DNA of 64,000 nt, taken from Camelus ferus. Taxonomy: Eukaryota. Below, piece after piece: positions 1 through 13,250 of the stretch (position 1 is the stretch's first letter; each line of letters starts with the position of its first letter). The DNA lies in contig NC_045696.1 in NCBI RefSeq assembly GCF_009834535.1, forward strand, positions 81,594,001 through 81,658,000, given 5' to 3'. Made by a program: the position numbers and the translations under genes. Below the pieces are notes generated by a model, which saw nothing but the letters and a program-made list of their open reading frames with translations, had not been told where the DNA came from and searched no databases.

Positions 1-149
1 TGTTTTTTTTTTCCAGATTCCACACGTAAGTGATATAAGGTATTTTTCTTTTTCTTTCTGGCTTACTTCATTTAGTGTGATGATCTACAGGTCCATTCAT
101 GTTGCTGCAAATGGCATTATTTTATTCTTGTTTATGGTTGAGTCATACT
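1..149 (-). mobile_element. Young L1 fragment (ORF2 C-terminus/3'UTR start), cut by the window edge
   Basis: Minus strand encodes KNKIMPFAAT, also seen in the L1 copy at 22876 (KNNIMPFAAT at 30568). Confidence 0.9.
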
Positions 150-563
150 TTGAATTTCGAATTTTGGTCTTTTCCCAAGCTAGCAACATGCAGCACAATA
201 CCCTCATGGTGCCGGGCCGTGGGCAGTGAGCTGCAGCTCCGAGTCGGCCACGGGATGGGGAGGGTGAAGGGCTGACACACCCGCCACCATTCTGCACTGA
301 TACTACCACTCTGTTGTTCACTTTCAGTATAGTATTCAGTAAATTACATTAGATATTCAGCACTTTATTATAAAATAGGCTTTGTGCTACATGATTTTGT
401 CCAACTGTAAGCTAATGTAAGTGTTCTGAGCATATTTAAGGTGAGCTAGGCTAGGCTATATGATGTTCAGTAGGTTGTACTAAATGCATTTTTGACTTAC
501 GATATTTTCAACTTACAATGGGTTTATCGGGATGTAACCCCATTGTAAGTCAAGGAAGATCTG
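150..563. mobile_element. Tigger2/Tigger2a-like TcMar DNA transposon, right part
   Basis: Ends in GGGTTTATCGGGATGTAACCCCATTGTAAGTCAAGGAAGATCTG followed by TA, a Tigger2-type terminus. Confidence 0.8.
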
Positions 564-565
564 TA

Positions 566-797
566 AATTTTAGAATAAGCATGTCACTACAGAAAACTGT
601 GCTGGGATTTTGATGAGGAATGCATTGAATCTATAGATCAGTTTGGGGAGAAGCTGACATACTAACAATGTATTCTCTGATCCATGAAGATGATATATCT
701 CTCCATTTATTTAGATTATCTCCAGAATGTTTGGTAGCTTTCAATGTATAAGTTGTAGACATATTTAAAAAAAACTTATTTCTAAGTATCTCAGTTT
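566..797 (-). mobile_element. Old L1 ORF2 fragment, inverted part of the adjacent L1
   Basis: Reverse complement resembles the ORF2 segment LNKWRDI..SWI...LPKLIYRFNAIPIKIP...LILKF. Confidence 0.8.
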
Positions 798-2113
798 TAG
801 CATGGTATTAGGAAAATAATAGACACATAGATCATTGGAACAGAATAGAGAGCCCAGAAATAAACCCACACAACAAGAGTCAACTGATCTTTGACAAAGG
901 AGCAAAAGTAATCCAATGGACAAATGATGTTAGCACAACTGAACTTCCGTATGCAAAAAAAAAAAAAACTTAAACAGGGACCTACACTTTTCACAAGAAT
1001 TAACTCAAAATTGATTACAAGCTTAAATGTAAAATGCAAAAGTAGGGAATTTCTTGAAAAGGTAGGAGAAAAATTATAGTCTTGGGTCTGGTCGTAAGTT
1101 TTTAGATATAACGCCAATAGAAATGAGTTAAAAATTATGTTTAAACTTTCTTAAAAATAAAAACTTCTGCTCTGCAAAAGACACTGTTAAGAGAACGAAA
1201 AGACAAGTCACAGATTGGGAGAAAATATTTGCAAAACATATACCTGATAATAGGCTTGCATATAAAATATACAAAAGACTGTTAGACTCAACAATAAGAA
1301 AACAATCCAGTTTAAAAATTGGAAAAGACGTGAACAGACACTTCATCAGAGAAGATATACAAATGGCAAATGAGCATACAAAAAGATGCTCAGTATCATT
1401 TGTCATTAGGGAATTTCAAATTAAACAATTTTAAGAAAACACTACCCATCTATTAGAATGGTAAACCCCCAAGTCTGACAATACCAGTTGCTGGTGAGGA
1501 GAAGGAACAACAGGAACTCTCATTCGTTGCTCACTGGAATGCAAAGTGATACAGTAACACTGGAAAGCAGTTTGCCTGTTTCCTTCAAAAATAAAAATAG
1601 TTTTTCAGGATCACCAGTAATCACTCTGTGAGGTATTTGCTCGGTAGATTAGAAAACTTATGTCCACACAAAAACTTGCACGTGAATGTTTATAGCAGCT
1701 TTATTCATAATATCCAAAAAAAAATGGAAACAGTGACAATGTCTTTCAATTGATGAACAGATAAACTGTGGTATATCCACTTATTGGAATATTATTTAGT
1801 GATAAAAAGGAATGAGCTATCGAGCCATGTAAAGACATAGGTGAATCTTCAGTACGTATTACTAAGTGAAAGAAGCCAGCCTGGAAAAGCTGCATACTGT
1901 ATAATTCCAATGATTTGACATTTCTTGAAAAGACAAGACTACAGTGATGGTAAAAATCAGTAGTTGCTAGAGGTTTGGCAGGGGGCTGGGGGAGGTGGGG
2001 TTTGAAAAAGTAAAGTACAGATTTTTTTTTTAGGGCGGTGAAACTATTCTGTATGATACTGTAATGATGAATACAAGATATTTAGTATTTGTCAAAACCC
2101 ATAGAACTTTACG

Positions 2114-2147
<34 letters not shown>

Positions 2148-3280
2148 CCTTAATGTATACAAATTTAAAAAAATCATTCGGAAGGTCAGAGAGTGCCAGC
2201 ATGGATATAGATTGTGATGAAACAATCTAACTCTTCTACAAGAGTATGAAACAACCTCACTAAAGGGGGTAGGGGAAAGAGTGTTAATCTAAGTAACTTT
2301 GGAAATAAGTGGAGTCTGTAAAAACTAAAGGCTAAATAAATGGTACATAAGCATGGTACTCTAGTTGATAACATCGTTTCCCACAGAGGTAGAAGTTATT
2401 AATTCTGAAACCACTGTACATGTATGCTGGAACTGAATAATTAAGCAAATGGATGGCAGATGGTGGGACCCAGGGTTTCCAATATTGGAGTGGGAGGTTA
2501 CAAAGGGAGAAAGCTAGAATGGTGCCTGTGGTAATGGATTAAGTTGGAGGCATCAGTACGAACTTATATTTGGCTTGATTTAGATACACATGGCTTTATT
2601 AGAAATATTTATAGTTATGTGTATATACCCAAAGAAATATATTCACACATATATCTCCTTGCTTTATCAGCTAAGAGAGGATAGAAGCAGTGACACCGCA
2701 ATAGTAAAGAACACACCTTGCACCCAGATCTTGGTTTCCAATACCATTCTCCAACAAAAGGAACCACATCTCCTTGGAGAAATGGCTAGGACTGGAGCAG
2801 GAAATACACAGGATACTCCAGAGCCAAAAACTTAGAAAGTGCTCAAATATCAAAACTCACAACGATGGGGATGTGTCAAAGGGACACAGAAGTCCACTGA
2901 AAGGGCCCCCGGTGGCCAAAGCTGGAAAAATCTGAACAACAAAAAAAGTAGTGTTGACTTATAACACAAAATATAAAATAAATATCCACGAATTCATACC
3001 GATATAAATAAATAGGGAAGAATAAATAAATTACATATGCAGAAGAATCCCAAATAATTTATGTAGATACTCAGCCCTTAAGGAGGGGAAGCATAACTCC
3101 TGACTCCTGACATGCAGATTGTACAGAGACTATCTTCCAAAAAGTACAGATGGAAGGGGCCAGGGGTAGGGGCGCGGAAAAGGGAGAGAAACTTTAGATT
3201 GGAGAATCAAATACTACCCCAAGCCAAGTGATCAAGTTAACATCAACAGTGATAAGTGATAATGACAGTGTGTACTCCCT
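798..3280 (+). mobile_element. L1MC-type (L1MC3-like) ORF2 end and long 3'UTR
   Basis: [16 protein letters not shown] start, degenerate ORF2 C-terminus, L1MC3-like 3'UTR. Confidence 0.8.
2115..2143. repeat. (CA)n microsatellite
   Basis: Direct reading. Confidence 0.95.
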
Positions 3281-3399
3281 TCGGCAAAACAAAATCTCTG
3301 TAGTTAGCCAGAGCCACCTCCTTTAGGACACGGAACACATCCTACCCCTGCCAGATCCTTTATCCTCTAGATAACCTCTGCACATTAGTCAAGGCTCGA

Positions 3400-3630
3400 C
3401 TGAGGCCTTGAGTACTCCGGCTTAGCCAAACATTTGTGCACCTCCAGGACCCTGTGGATAGATAGCACTTACCTGACTCTTGAAATGAGCTACTTATGTG
3501 CCTGTTCTGCTGAACTGTGAGCTCCTCAAGGGCTGGGATCAGACTTAATTGTCATTGTGTCCCCTAAGCCTAGAATATCGTGCCTGACACAAAGGTCAAG
3601 TTTAATAAATACTGGTTGAACTAAATTGAA
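3400..3630 (+). mobile_element. L2 3' end
   Basis: ACTGTGAGCTCCTCAAGGGC...GTGCCTGACAC...AATAAATACTGGTTGAA. Confidence 0.75.
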
Positions 3631-4214
3631 CCGTACACTTATTACATTATTGAGAACTTAAACATACACTATAGTGGATTAAAATAGTTATTTCCAACTA
3701 AATCAGCTTCATTTGTTAAAGATTCTCTCTAGCATGACTCATGTTATCTTTAAATACAAATGATGGCTGGAACTATATGAATTCACACACTTCCTAGACT
3801 GAAGTAATCTCTAGCTGCAGAGTTTATGGCTAAACTTTTTATTGAGGTGCTAGCTCACTATGCCTATGCCTTCCAAAATATGACAAAGGCAGAGCATCTG
3901 GTGATAGTTTTACTAATTCTTCCAAGCTTCCGTTTAGTGTCACGATGCAGAAAATTGCTAAAGCTACCCTGGGATTTTGAAGGTATAAATACAGCTCACA
4001 AAGAGCCCTGTGAATTCCCTGGGAAGAAACTCTGTATTAGGAGAATGTGGTTCAGTAACTGTGATAATGGGTCAGGGAGAAATAGATACACAAGCATTTC
4101 ATAACTAAGCGCTCTGAATCTGTGTAAATGATGCCTGGGTTAGACGTGGGTGTAAAAACATTAGTGCCCTGTGATGAGGGGAAAAAGTGGAATCTTGGGA
4201 AACCTGTGAGACTA

Positions 4215-4430
4215 AGGTGGTATTTCTCAGGTAGTTTTGACTTGATCCCCAGTAAGAAATTAATTTTACATCATGATCTAGTAAATATATGTATACGCAT
4301 GTATATTATGTATAATTAAAATGAAACACTTCCCATTGTTGTGTGTGCTCTCTTATCTTCTGTTTTACTTTAGAAAAATGCTAATCTCACTCACTAAGTT
4401 GATTTTACCCCTCATGATGAGTCAGGTTTT
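4215..4430. mobile_element. Probable hAT-type MER remnant
   Basis: CAGTAAGAAATTAATTTTACATC and CACTAAGTTGATTT segments resemble Charlie-family MERs; subfamily not assigned. Confidence 0.4.
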
Positions 4431-4666
4431 ACAATTATTTCTCCAACATTTTATAAAAAATTTCAAATATGTAGAAAAGTTTAAAGAACTATGTATTGTA
4501 CAATGTTTTAGTACAACTGTACATTGAATACTCATATACCTACCATTTAGTTTCAACAATTCCAGGCACTTAAATGCCATACATATTTATAAACTACAAC
4601 CCAATATTTTTATGGTTATCTTTTTAGGATAAAGTTTACATATAGTGAAGGGCACAAATTTAAGTT

Positions 4667-5096
4667 TGTATTAGTTTCCTAGGGCTGTTATAACAAATTA
4701 GTATAAACTGTATGGCTTTAAACAACAGAAATTTATTCTCTTAGTTCTGGATACTGACATCGAGGTGCTGGCAAGGTTGGCTGCTTCTAGAGCCTCTGAG
4801 GGAGACTCTTTCAAGTTTCTCTCCTAGCTTCTTGTGGCATTCCTTGGCTTGTGGCTACATTACTCCAATCTCTGCCTCTGTCATCACATGCGTCTCCCTG
4901 TTTTTCTGTATCCTTGTGTCTTCACATGTCCGTCTTATAAAAAACACCAGTCACTGGATTTAACGCTACCCTCATTCAGTATGACCTCATCTTAACTTGA
5001 CTAAATCTGAAAAACCTCTTTTTTCAAATAAAGTCATATTTATATGCAGTGAGAGTCAGGACTTAGGCATATCAATTCACAATTCAATCCACAATA
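4667..5096 (-). mobile_element. MaLR solo LTR (MLT1C-like)
   Basis: TGTATTAGTTTCCTAGGGCTG terminus; imperfect TSD AAGTT/AAGTG. Confidence 0.85.
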
Positions 5097-5168
5097 AAGT
5101 GCATAGCTTATTCCATGCGATTTCGCAAATGCATATACCTGCGCAACTGAAATCCTTACTAAAATATA

Positions 5169-5987
5169 CAGTTGGCCTTCCTTCTCTGTGGTTTGTTATC
5201 CTATGTCAACCATGATCTGAAAATATTACATGGAAAATTCCAGAAGCAAACAATTCATAAGTGTTAGATCGTGACTCTGCTGGGTAGTGTGATGAAATCT
5301 CTTGCTGTCCTGCACCACCCCACCCTCGATGTAATCATCGCCTTGTCCAGCGTATCCTGCCCATTTAGTGACTTAGTAAATGGCTCAGTTATCAGATCAA
5401 CTGTTGTGGTTTCACAATGCTTATGTTCCAGGAATCCTTACTTTCCTTAGTAATGGTCTCAAAGCACAAGAGAAGTGATGCTGGCCATTTGGATCTGCCA
5501 AAGAGAAGTCAATGTGCTTTCTTTAAGTGAAAAGGTGAATGTTCTTAACTTACTAAGGAAAGAAAAAAAAATGATATGCTGAGGTTGCTAAGCTCTATGG
5601 TAAAAACAGATCTACCTGTGAAATTGTGAAGAAGGAAAAAGAAATTCATGCTAGTTTTGCTACTGCGTCTCCAACTGCAAAAGTTAGGGCCACAGTGTGA
5701 TATTAAGTGCTTTAGTTAAGATAGAAAAGTCATTAAATATGCAAAATAAGGTATTTTGAGAGAGAGACCACATTCACATAACTTTTATTACAGCATGTTG
5801 TTATAATTGTTTGATTTTATTGTTATTTACTGTTAATCTCTTACTGTGCCTAACTTATAAATTAAACTTCATGATAGGTACATATGTATAGGAGAACACT
5901 GTATAGATAGGGTTTGGTACTGTCCACGGTTTCAGGTATGCACTGGGGATGTTGGAACATATCCCCCTTGGACAAGGGGGACTACTA
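5169..5987 (+). mobile_element. MER44/Tigger7-derived DNA transposon with degenerate transposase N-terminus
   Basis: TA-CAG start; end GGACAAGGGGGACTACT; internal segment resembling MAPKRKSSDAG..LSEKV of Tigger7. Confidence 0.85.
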
Positions 5988-6368
5988 CACAACAGTACCT
6001 CTGTCCCCAGAAGCTCCCTAAGTCATTTCCCAATCAGTCTGCACATTCACTCCACCCCAAAGGCGAATCAGAAGTCTTTTTTTTTAAACCATAGATCAGC
6101 TTTGCCTGTTCTAGAACTTCATGTGAAAGAAATCATATAGTATGTGCCCAGCGTCTTTCACTCAGCATGCTTCTGAAATGTACCCATGTTGTGTGTATAA
6201 GTCGTTTTTCCTTCTTATTGCTGAGTAATAGTTTATTATGTGGACAGGCCACAGTTTGGCTTCCATTATCCTGTTGGTGGAGATTCAGGCTATTTCCAGT
6301 CTTTGGCTATTGTGAATAAAACTGCTAAGAGCATTCTTGAGACATATGCTTTCATTTCTCTTGGGTAT

Positions 6369-7014
6369 TGTATTAGCTTTCTATTGCTGCTGTAACAAAT
6401 TGCCACAAACTCAGTGATTTAAACAATACAAATGTATTATCTTACAGTTCTGCAGGTCAGAAATTCAACACAAGTCTCACTGGGCTAAAATCAAGTTGTT
6501 GGCAGAGTTGTTTTGCTTTCTGGGGTCTCTAGGGGAGAACCTGTTTCCTTACCTTTTCCAGCTTCTAGAGGCCACACACCTTCCTTGGTTCACAGCCCCC
6601 TTCTCCATCTTCAAAGTCAGCAATTTTGCATTTCTATGACCATTCGTCTGCAATCACATTTCCCTCTTACTCTCTTCTTTTGCCTCCCTCTTCCACTTTA
6701 AAGGGCCCTGTAATTACATTGGGCACACTCAGATAATCCAGAATAATCTCCCTAGTTTATTGTTTTTGTGTTTTTTGGAGGGACAGGGAGGCAATTAGGT
6801 TTATTTATTTTTTAACTGAGGTACTGGGGATTGAACCCAGGACCTTGTGCATGCTAAGCACACACTCTACCACTGAGCTGTACCCTCCCACTGATCTCCC
6901 TAGTTTTAAGTCAGCTGATTAGCAACCTTAATTCTCCTTTGTATGTAACACAGGTTCTGGGGATTAAGACCTGGACATTTTAGGGGGTGGGGGGGCACTA
7001 TACTGCCTACAACA
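6369..7014 (-). mobile_element. MaLR solo LTR (MLT1D-like)
   Basis: TG...CA termini; TSD GGTAT/GGTAC; interrupted by a SINE. Confidence 0.85.
6759..6890 (-). mobile_element. tRNA-Ala-derived camelid SINE (vic-1-like)
   Basis: Pol III A and B boxes on minus; 13-bp TSD ATCTCCCTAGTTT at 6746-6758 and 6894-6906. Confidence 0.9.
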
Positions 7015-7248
7015 GGTACCTAGTCAGGAATGGAATTACTGATTACAGAAAAAATCTGTTTAACTTTTTAAGAAACTGCCAGAACTTCCCCCAAAGTGAT
7101 TGTAAAATTTTGCATTTCCACCAACCATGTATGAGAGTTACCCTGATATGAACAATATATGAGCATTCTGACTGCATCACATCCTTGCCAACATGAGATG
7201 ATCTGAGACTTCTACTAGCAAAATAATGCTGACAGCCTACCTTTTCGT

Positions 7249-7600
7249 GTATTAGTCGGGACTCTTGGCTTCACTGACAGAAACCTAGATTCAAACTGGC
7301 TTAAATTGGAAAGGAAGTGTGTTGGCTCACAGAACAGGAGAGTTCAGGGTTGTAGCTTGATTCAGACATGGCCCAGGTTAAGAGCTCAAGTGGGGTAATT
7401 TCTCTCTGTGACTCTTCCCTCTCAGCCGTTTCCCTCTTTGTGGCCTTGTTTGCCCTCACGTTGCTACTTCATCCTACTGTGTCAGTCTAGCAACCTCAGC
7501 AGAAGGAGGAATTCCCTCTCCTACCTTTCATACTCCGGTCCAAGGAAAGACTGGGATGCCCACTAGCTACTAGCACTGCCTTCTCCTCAGATTGTGGTGA
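7249..7600. mobile_element. Old MaLR LTR (MLT1K/L-like)
   Basis: TGTATTAGTCGGGACTCTTGG...GACAGAAACC...TTCAAACTGGCTTAA start. Confidence 0.6.
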
Positions 7601-7623
7601 CACGCTCACTTCTGAATAAATCA

Positions 7624-8280
7624 AAGGTGTATTTACCATGAAGCCAATGCAGCTAAACTGTAAAATTTGCCAAAGTAAATATTTTAATCATATCTCTTTC
7701 CACTCTGACCTCCCCTCCATCACACTTCCCCTGTGTCCAGCAATTTCGATTGGCCATAGGTATTTGTCTTGGGGCAGTTGAGTTGAGTATATGTTTTGGT
7801 TTGGCTTTTGTTGGATATATTTACATACTTTGCAATGATTTCCACATATGGTTTTGATATTTCTAGCCATTCTGGTATAAGAATGGCTCCAGAGAACTCC
7901 TATAGGACTTTGGCCCAACTTACCTGACATCTTGACATGAGGATGCAGTGTCATAGATCATACGCATCCAAGTGGTACCCAGGACTAGGGATTGGATTGC
8001 AGAGAAAACACATGGTTTGAAATGTACAAAGCCAGAAGCCAGTCTGTGGAAATTCTTCCAAGCATCAGATGTGTAAAGTTATAAGTGAAGGAATCCATTC
8101 GCATTGACACTTGGTCGAAGCAGAAATTCTCTCCTATCAAGAGTATATTTGATAATACAGCAGGTACAATTATCAATGCACCATATGGTTTTCCTTCTTT
8201 TGATGAAAATCACGTGAAATTTAGTTTATTAGAACTGAGTTTATAGCCTACACCTGTGGCATTTTTAGAACTTGTAAGTT
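7624..8280. mobile_element. hAT-Tip100 (Zaphod-like) remnant
   Basis: Start AGGTGTATTTACCATGAAGCCAATGCAGC resembles the Zaphod terminus. Confidence 0.5.
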
Positions 8281-9644
8281 AATTTCTCTTCTCTTTATTT
8301 AGCACTGTCTTTGTGCCAGGTGCTTTTCTGATCACTGGAGATACACAAGTAAACAGCAGACTCTCCTGGAGCTTTACACAGGTAATTGTCAGATCTTCAC
8401 CTTTAAAACAAGAGGGCCTCCAGCAGACGTCTCTGTGGACCTTTGGGCAAAAACTGTAGCTGTTGCTTCATGATACACTTGGACTAATTTTTTAAAAAAC
8501 TACAAGTATTCCAGGAACCCTGGGAGACAGACAAAAACAAGAGAACCATACCCACCTCTCTTAACAAAACAGAATGAAATAAAACAACGAAAGTAAGGCT
8601 GTGGTAACAGCAGAGACTTAAATTTCTGTGATTATTTGAGGTTGGATCTTGAAATCAATGTTACATCTAATTCTTAGAATTTTATTTTGGCTCCTTATAT
8701 CTTAATAGAGTGTATATAATAATGGCCAGGAAATGCATAAACTGTGAAATGCTGCTTTCCTGCACAGAGGAGGATATTCCACAGCGGAATCAGAAAGTGG
8801 CATAAAATCCAGGTTCTATTGTTCTGGGGAGACATTTTAAAGAGGGGATCAGCCTACAATTTGTTTCTCAGTTCAAAAGGCACAAGTCTGTAAAACTCTC
8901 CTTATCACCACGTACAGCAGCACAGAACATAACCAAGTAAAAAAGCTCTAAAAGATCGGCAGTGAGATGCCATGCCATTTAAAGAGAAAGGACATCTTCC
9001 AGATAATAAGCAATTCAGCTGGCATTTTGCCGAATGTACGAAAGAAGAGTAAATCCTCTTAAATTCCAGCATGTAATGAAGACTTAAAGAATGAACTTTA
9101 AAAATCATTGCTGCCAAGAGATTTGTGAATTCTCTAAAACAGTATTAAAATCTCTGCTATAAAGCAGCAGCCATTTCAAATGCAGCTGGTGAGGCTGGTG
9201 AATGCTGTCAGAAAGAGAATCTGTGGATTGACACAGAATGGAAAAGAGACCTCTCCCTTGGCCATCCTCGACTAAAGGTTTCAGCAGTTCCTAGCTGAGA
9301 AGGATTGAAGGGTTAGAAGTCATTACTAAGTCAATGCTTATTATTTGTTTTAAGTACACACACACACAGACATGGATATGAATATGGGTGTGGATACAAA
9401 TATGAATATAGACATAGATACAGATATGTAGATATGCACATGTCCTGGAGGGGCCATTGGGTATTTGGTCTTGTATTTTTGTGCACCAAATTTCTACACA
9501 CACACACATACACACATACACACATTCATGCCTAATATAACTGAATAGTAAATTATATTTAGTTTCCATTCCACAGAATGAGTTTAGTTAATTTTACTTA
9601 ACTTCTTTTTTGCCATTACAAAGTCCCAAATTCAGTACCTCTTC

Positions 9645-9825
9645 TAGAACAGCAGACTTTGAAATCAGACCTGGGTTTAAACCCTGATTCTTCCATTTCC
9701 CAGATGTAAGACCTGAAGACAGTGGCTTGGTCTCCAAGCAGGTAAAATTAGGAGAATAAAACTGATGCTGAGTCTTCAGTGAGGACAAAATTACATAAAA
9801 TGTGTAAAGCTCCTGTACCAGATAT
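9645..9825 (+). mobile_element. MIR
   Basis: GACTTTGAAATCAGACCTGGGTTTAAACCC head and TGTGTAAAGC tail. Confidence 0.7.
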
Positions 9826-9829
9826 TCGC

Positions 9830-11150
9830 CACGCCCACACCCCAAAGCGAAACTTCCTGTCCAAATTTCCCACTGAGGGGGTTGGTCTGCCATGCTTAGT
9901 CTACGTCTTCTGTGTTAGTTTCGGCCCTGGATGGCAGCCTGCCCTCTGGAGCTGAGAGGAAGATGGCCCTGGTCCTGGCTCTGCCCTCAAAGTCATTCTT
10001 CCCTCATTTCATCTCATCTCTGTCGCTTTCAGTCCAGGTGGGCAGCGTTTCTGTCCATAAAGAATTCTCAGGAAACATGTTGGCCTCCCATGCAATTCAT
10101 GGAGGCCCAAGACATCAGACAAGAGGATCCTGCACAGCCCTTCCCTGGATAACAGCATCCCTGTTCCCAGCTTCTGCTGGGATGGTTGGTTGGATCCATG
10201 AGTCGCATACCTACTCTCTGTGGAAAATGGCCGTCCAGCCACACCCGTGGCTCTGTTTCCAGACTGGGCCATCTAGGTAGGCTGAGAATCTTCCAAATCA
10301 TTAAGTGCTGGTTTCTTTTTGCTTAGTGGTTCCTTCCTTCCTCTGATGTTCTACTATTAAGCAACAAGGAGAAACCAGGCTGCACCTTTAACACTCTGCT
10401 TGGAAATCTCCTCAGCTAAATATCCAAGCTCATTGCTTTCAAGTTCTACTTCCATCCAACAGAACACAACTCAGCAAAGTCCTCTGCTGCTTTATAACAA
10501 GGATCACCTTTCCCTCGGTTTCCAAGAACATGTTCCTCACTTCTGCCTGTGACCTCTGTCATGGAATGTTTGTGTGCCCTCACCCCCTCATTCTTATGTT
10601 GAAACCCTGAGCCCCAATGTGATGGTATTTGGAAATGGGGCCTGGGGGATTAATTAGGTTTATGTGAGGTCATGAGGGTGGGGCCTCCATGATGGGAGGA
10701 GTGTCCTTATAAGAAGAGCAAGAGAGACCGGAGCTCTCTCCCCGCCATGTGAGTTCACAGAGAGAAGGTGGTCGTCTGTAAGTCCGACAGAGACCCCTCA
10801 CCAGGAACCGAATGTTGACATCTTGGTCTTGAACCTCCCAGTCTCCAGAACTGTGAGAAATATATATCTGTTGTAGCCACCTTGTCTATGATATTTCGTT
10901 ATAGCAGCCAACTTAATTAAGATTTCATAAAAAGCATCTTTAACACCCATATTTCTAGCAACATTCTGTTCACGATGATGTATGTAATCTCTGAGACAAT
11001 AGAAGCTTTCTCTATAGTGCTCCTTTTTTCTTTGAGTCCTCACCAGAATCTCCTTTGATATTCATATTCCTACCAACAGTCTCTTCAGGGCAATGTAAGC
11101 TTTTTCCATCAGGCACCCCACAAAAACTAAAAACAGAAAACTACCTGAGC
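9830..11150 (-). mobile_element. MaLR internal sequence (MLT1-int-like)
   Basis: CTTGGAAATCTCCTCAGCTAAATATCCAAG and TTTATAACAAGGATCACCTTT motifs typical of MaLR-int. Confidence 0.7.
10557..10922 (+). mobile_element. MaLR LTR (MLT1A-like) nested in MaLR-int
   Basis: AATGTGATGGTATTTGGA...CTCCAGAACTGTGAGAAAT...GTTATAGCAGCC. Confidence 0.85.
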
Positions 11151-11970
11151 CAGCCCAAGTCCAGTTCTAGAAGCCCCATTATACTAGCACCCAGGTAAGG
11201 CAGGGCATAAAGATGCTCCTCAGCAAAGTCAGTTTCCATCCCTCTCCGTCAGCTGATAACTGGGTGAAGATTCTGGAGCACAAAGATCCTAGGCTAATTA
11301 AACAACTGCCCTTCCAGAAGTAGGGTGCCTGAACCTCTGCTACTCTGTGTGTTTTAATGAGTTACGGTACCATTAGAATTTAACTTCTTTTAGTAACAAT
11401 CCTTCGCATTGCACACACCTTGGTACCAGCCTTAGGGATGATCGCATTTAAACAACCCTCATTTTTCTGTTATGAACTGAGAAGAAGAGGCCATCCCAGA
11501 GCAGCAGCTTTCCTTCCCTTCAGCCTGCAACTGCCAAGGTGGGAGGGAAAGGAGACGGCTGACTGTTGCTAAGCAACCTTTGTTGGCAAGAAATATAAAA
11601 ACTAGACTCAAAGAACTTCTAATTGGGCAAATATCTTAGAGAATATTTATAATTCCGGAGAGATTTGTTTTCAGACCATTCCTTTTTTTATTGAAGCACT
11701 TAATCACTTATTTTAGAGATGATTGTCATAATTACATAAAATTTTATCACTTAAAGCTAATTTTGGAGTGTCACTGATTTAGTTCTAAGGATTTGCAGAA
11801 GACATCTTAATTTTTTAAAATTTAAATAAGCCTCAGAGTGCATATAGTGCACACAAGACTACCATGGCTGTCCATATCTATAGCCAAGTAAAGCATCTCC
11901 CTGGAGCTAGCATAGCACTGGAGATGGCAGCATGACACTTAAGCTTACTATTTACATAATTATGGTCTCT

Positions 11971-12084
11971 GAGAGAGTGACCAATTCATTCTGATTTTCC
12001 CAGAATTTCCCAATTTCAGCATGGAAAATGTTGCATGCCAGGAACCCCCTTACTCCTAGGCATACCTGGGTGGTTGGCCAGCCT
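11971..12084. mobile_element. MER81-like hAT-Blackjack MITE
   Basis: GAGTGACCAA...GTTGGCCAGCCT degenerate TIRs; about 114 bp. Confidence 0.65.
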
Positions 12085-12789
12085 GTTTCTGACTTTATCA
12101 TTTTACCTGAGATAATTAGGTTGGATTTGGTGTAAATCTTACCACTAGAGTGGTCCTGGAAGAGACTTTGTGGGCACAGATGAACATATCTGGGTGTACT
12201 GCTGGGCAGCTGGCTGGTTTGGACTTGATGGGGCTCTAATCAGCTGGATGGACTCCTAAGAGAGGGTAGTTTGATAGAATCCATTGGAATTCCTTGGCAG
12301 TGAGAGTGAAACCAACCTGCTTCTCCTCTGTTTCAGTTTTCTTAATCTCTTGTTGGCCCACATTCTGAGATTTCAATTTCTTTTAGAACACCCAGATGGT
12401 TTACATATAAAATAAGTTTCTATCCGTAACATCTGCCATTAGACATTATACAAATCATATATATATGATTCCAGCTGGCCTGGATACAGTGGGGGTCCAG
12501 CGTGGAGAACGGGTAACAGTAGAGCATGTGCAATGTGGAAGAGAAAGCTGCTGGGAGGTCCTTATGTTTCCCAGGGAAGGTGCACTGCTCCCTCTGTGGG
12601 GGCAGTCACATCCTCTCCCACAAATGTGGAAGAATATGGATGACCACCTTGGCCATCCGAGGTCACACACAGTAAGGTGATCAGCTGTGTGTCCATCTGT
12701 CCCTGAGGGTCTTGGTATATAGTGTAGTTGGCTATGTGACCAATTGATCTGTGTCCTATTGCCTAGACAACAGACTTAAGGTAACTGTT

Positions 12790-13050
12790 TGCTGTGGGTC
12801 AGTGCAGACTGAGTGCTATGTGGGGGCCCAGGGAGGAGACGTCCAAAGTGAGTAAGTGGTTGGGAAATAAGATAGCCCGAAGGGGGGTAATTTATCCTAG
12901 AGAAAACAAGACTGAAGGGTAATAATCAGTGCTCAGGTAGATAAGGATTTTCCCAGGTAAGGGCTATCTCTTTCACCGAAAGAGAACAAATGAGAGAAAT
13001 TGTGTGCAATCCAAATACGCCAGATACAGGTGAGACATCCTGACATCCAA
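12790..13050 (+). mobile_element. Possible CR1/L3 fragment
   Basis: TTTATCCTAGAGAAAACAAGACTGAAGGG resembles the CR1 3' ORF (FSLEKRRLRG). Confidence 0.45.
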
Positions 13051-13249
13051 CATGCAATGATCCTATCACCTGTCGCCTGACAATATGTCCAGGATTAACA
13101 AAGGATTATGCAAGGTTGGCCCCATAGTTCTCTGCATTCTCAGTTTATACACCGCAGGGAAGACCCTAGTGAATGTGCCACACAGGTGTCCCTCAAACTA
13201 ATCCCTGGGAACGCTCACCCCTGAGTGAACACAAGACAGCTCTACAGTG

Positions 13250-13250
<1 letters not shown>

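Larger units (their letters stand above)
4440..7200 (-). mobile_element. Old L1M 3' region split by nested insertions
   Basis: Antisense L1 pieces at about 4440-4666, 5097-5168, 5990-6368 and 7015-7200. Confidence 0.7.

Noticed and set aside
12453..12470. 18-bp perfect palindrome AATCATATATATATGATT
   Set aside because: Mostly an (AT)n run; expected by chance
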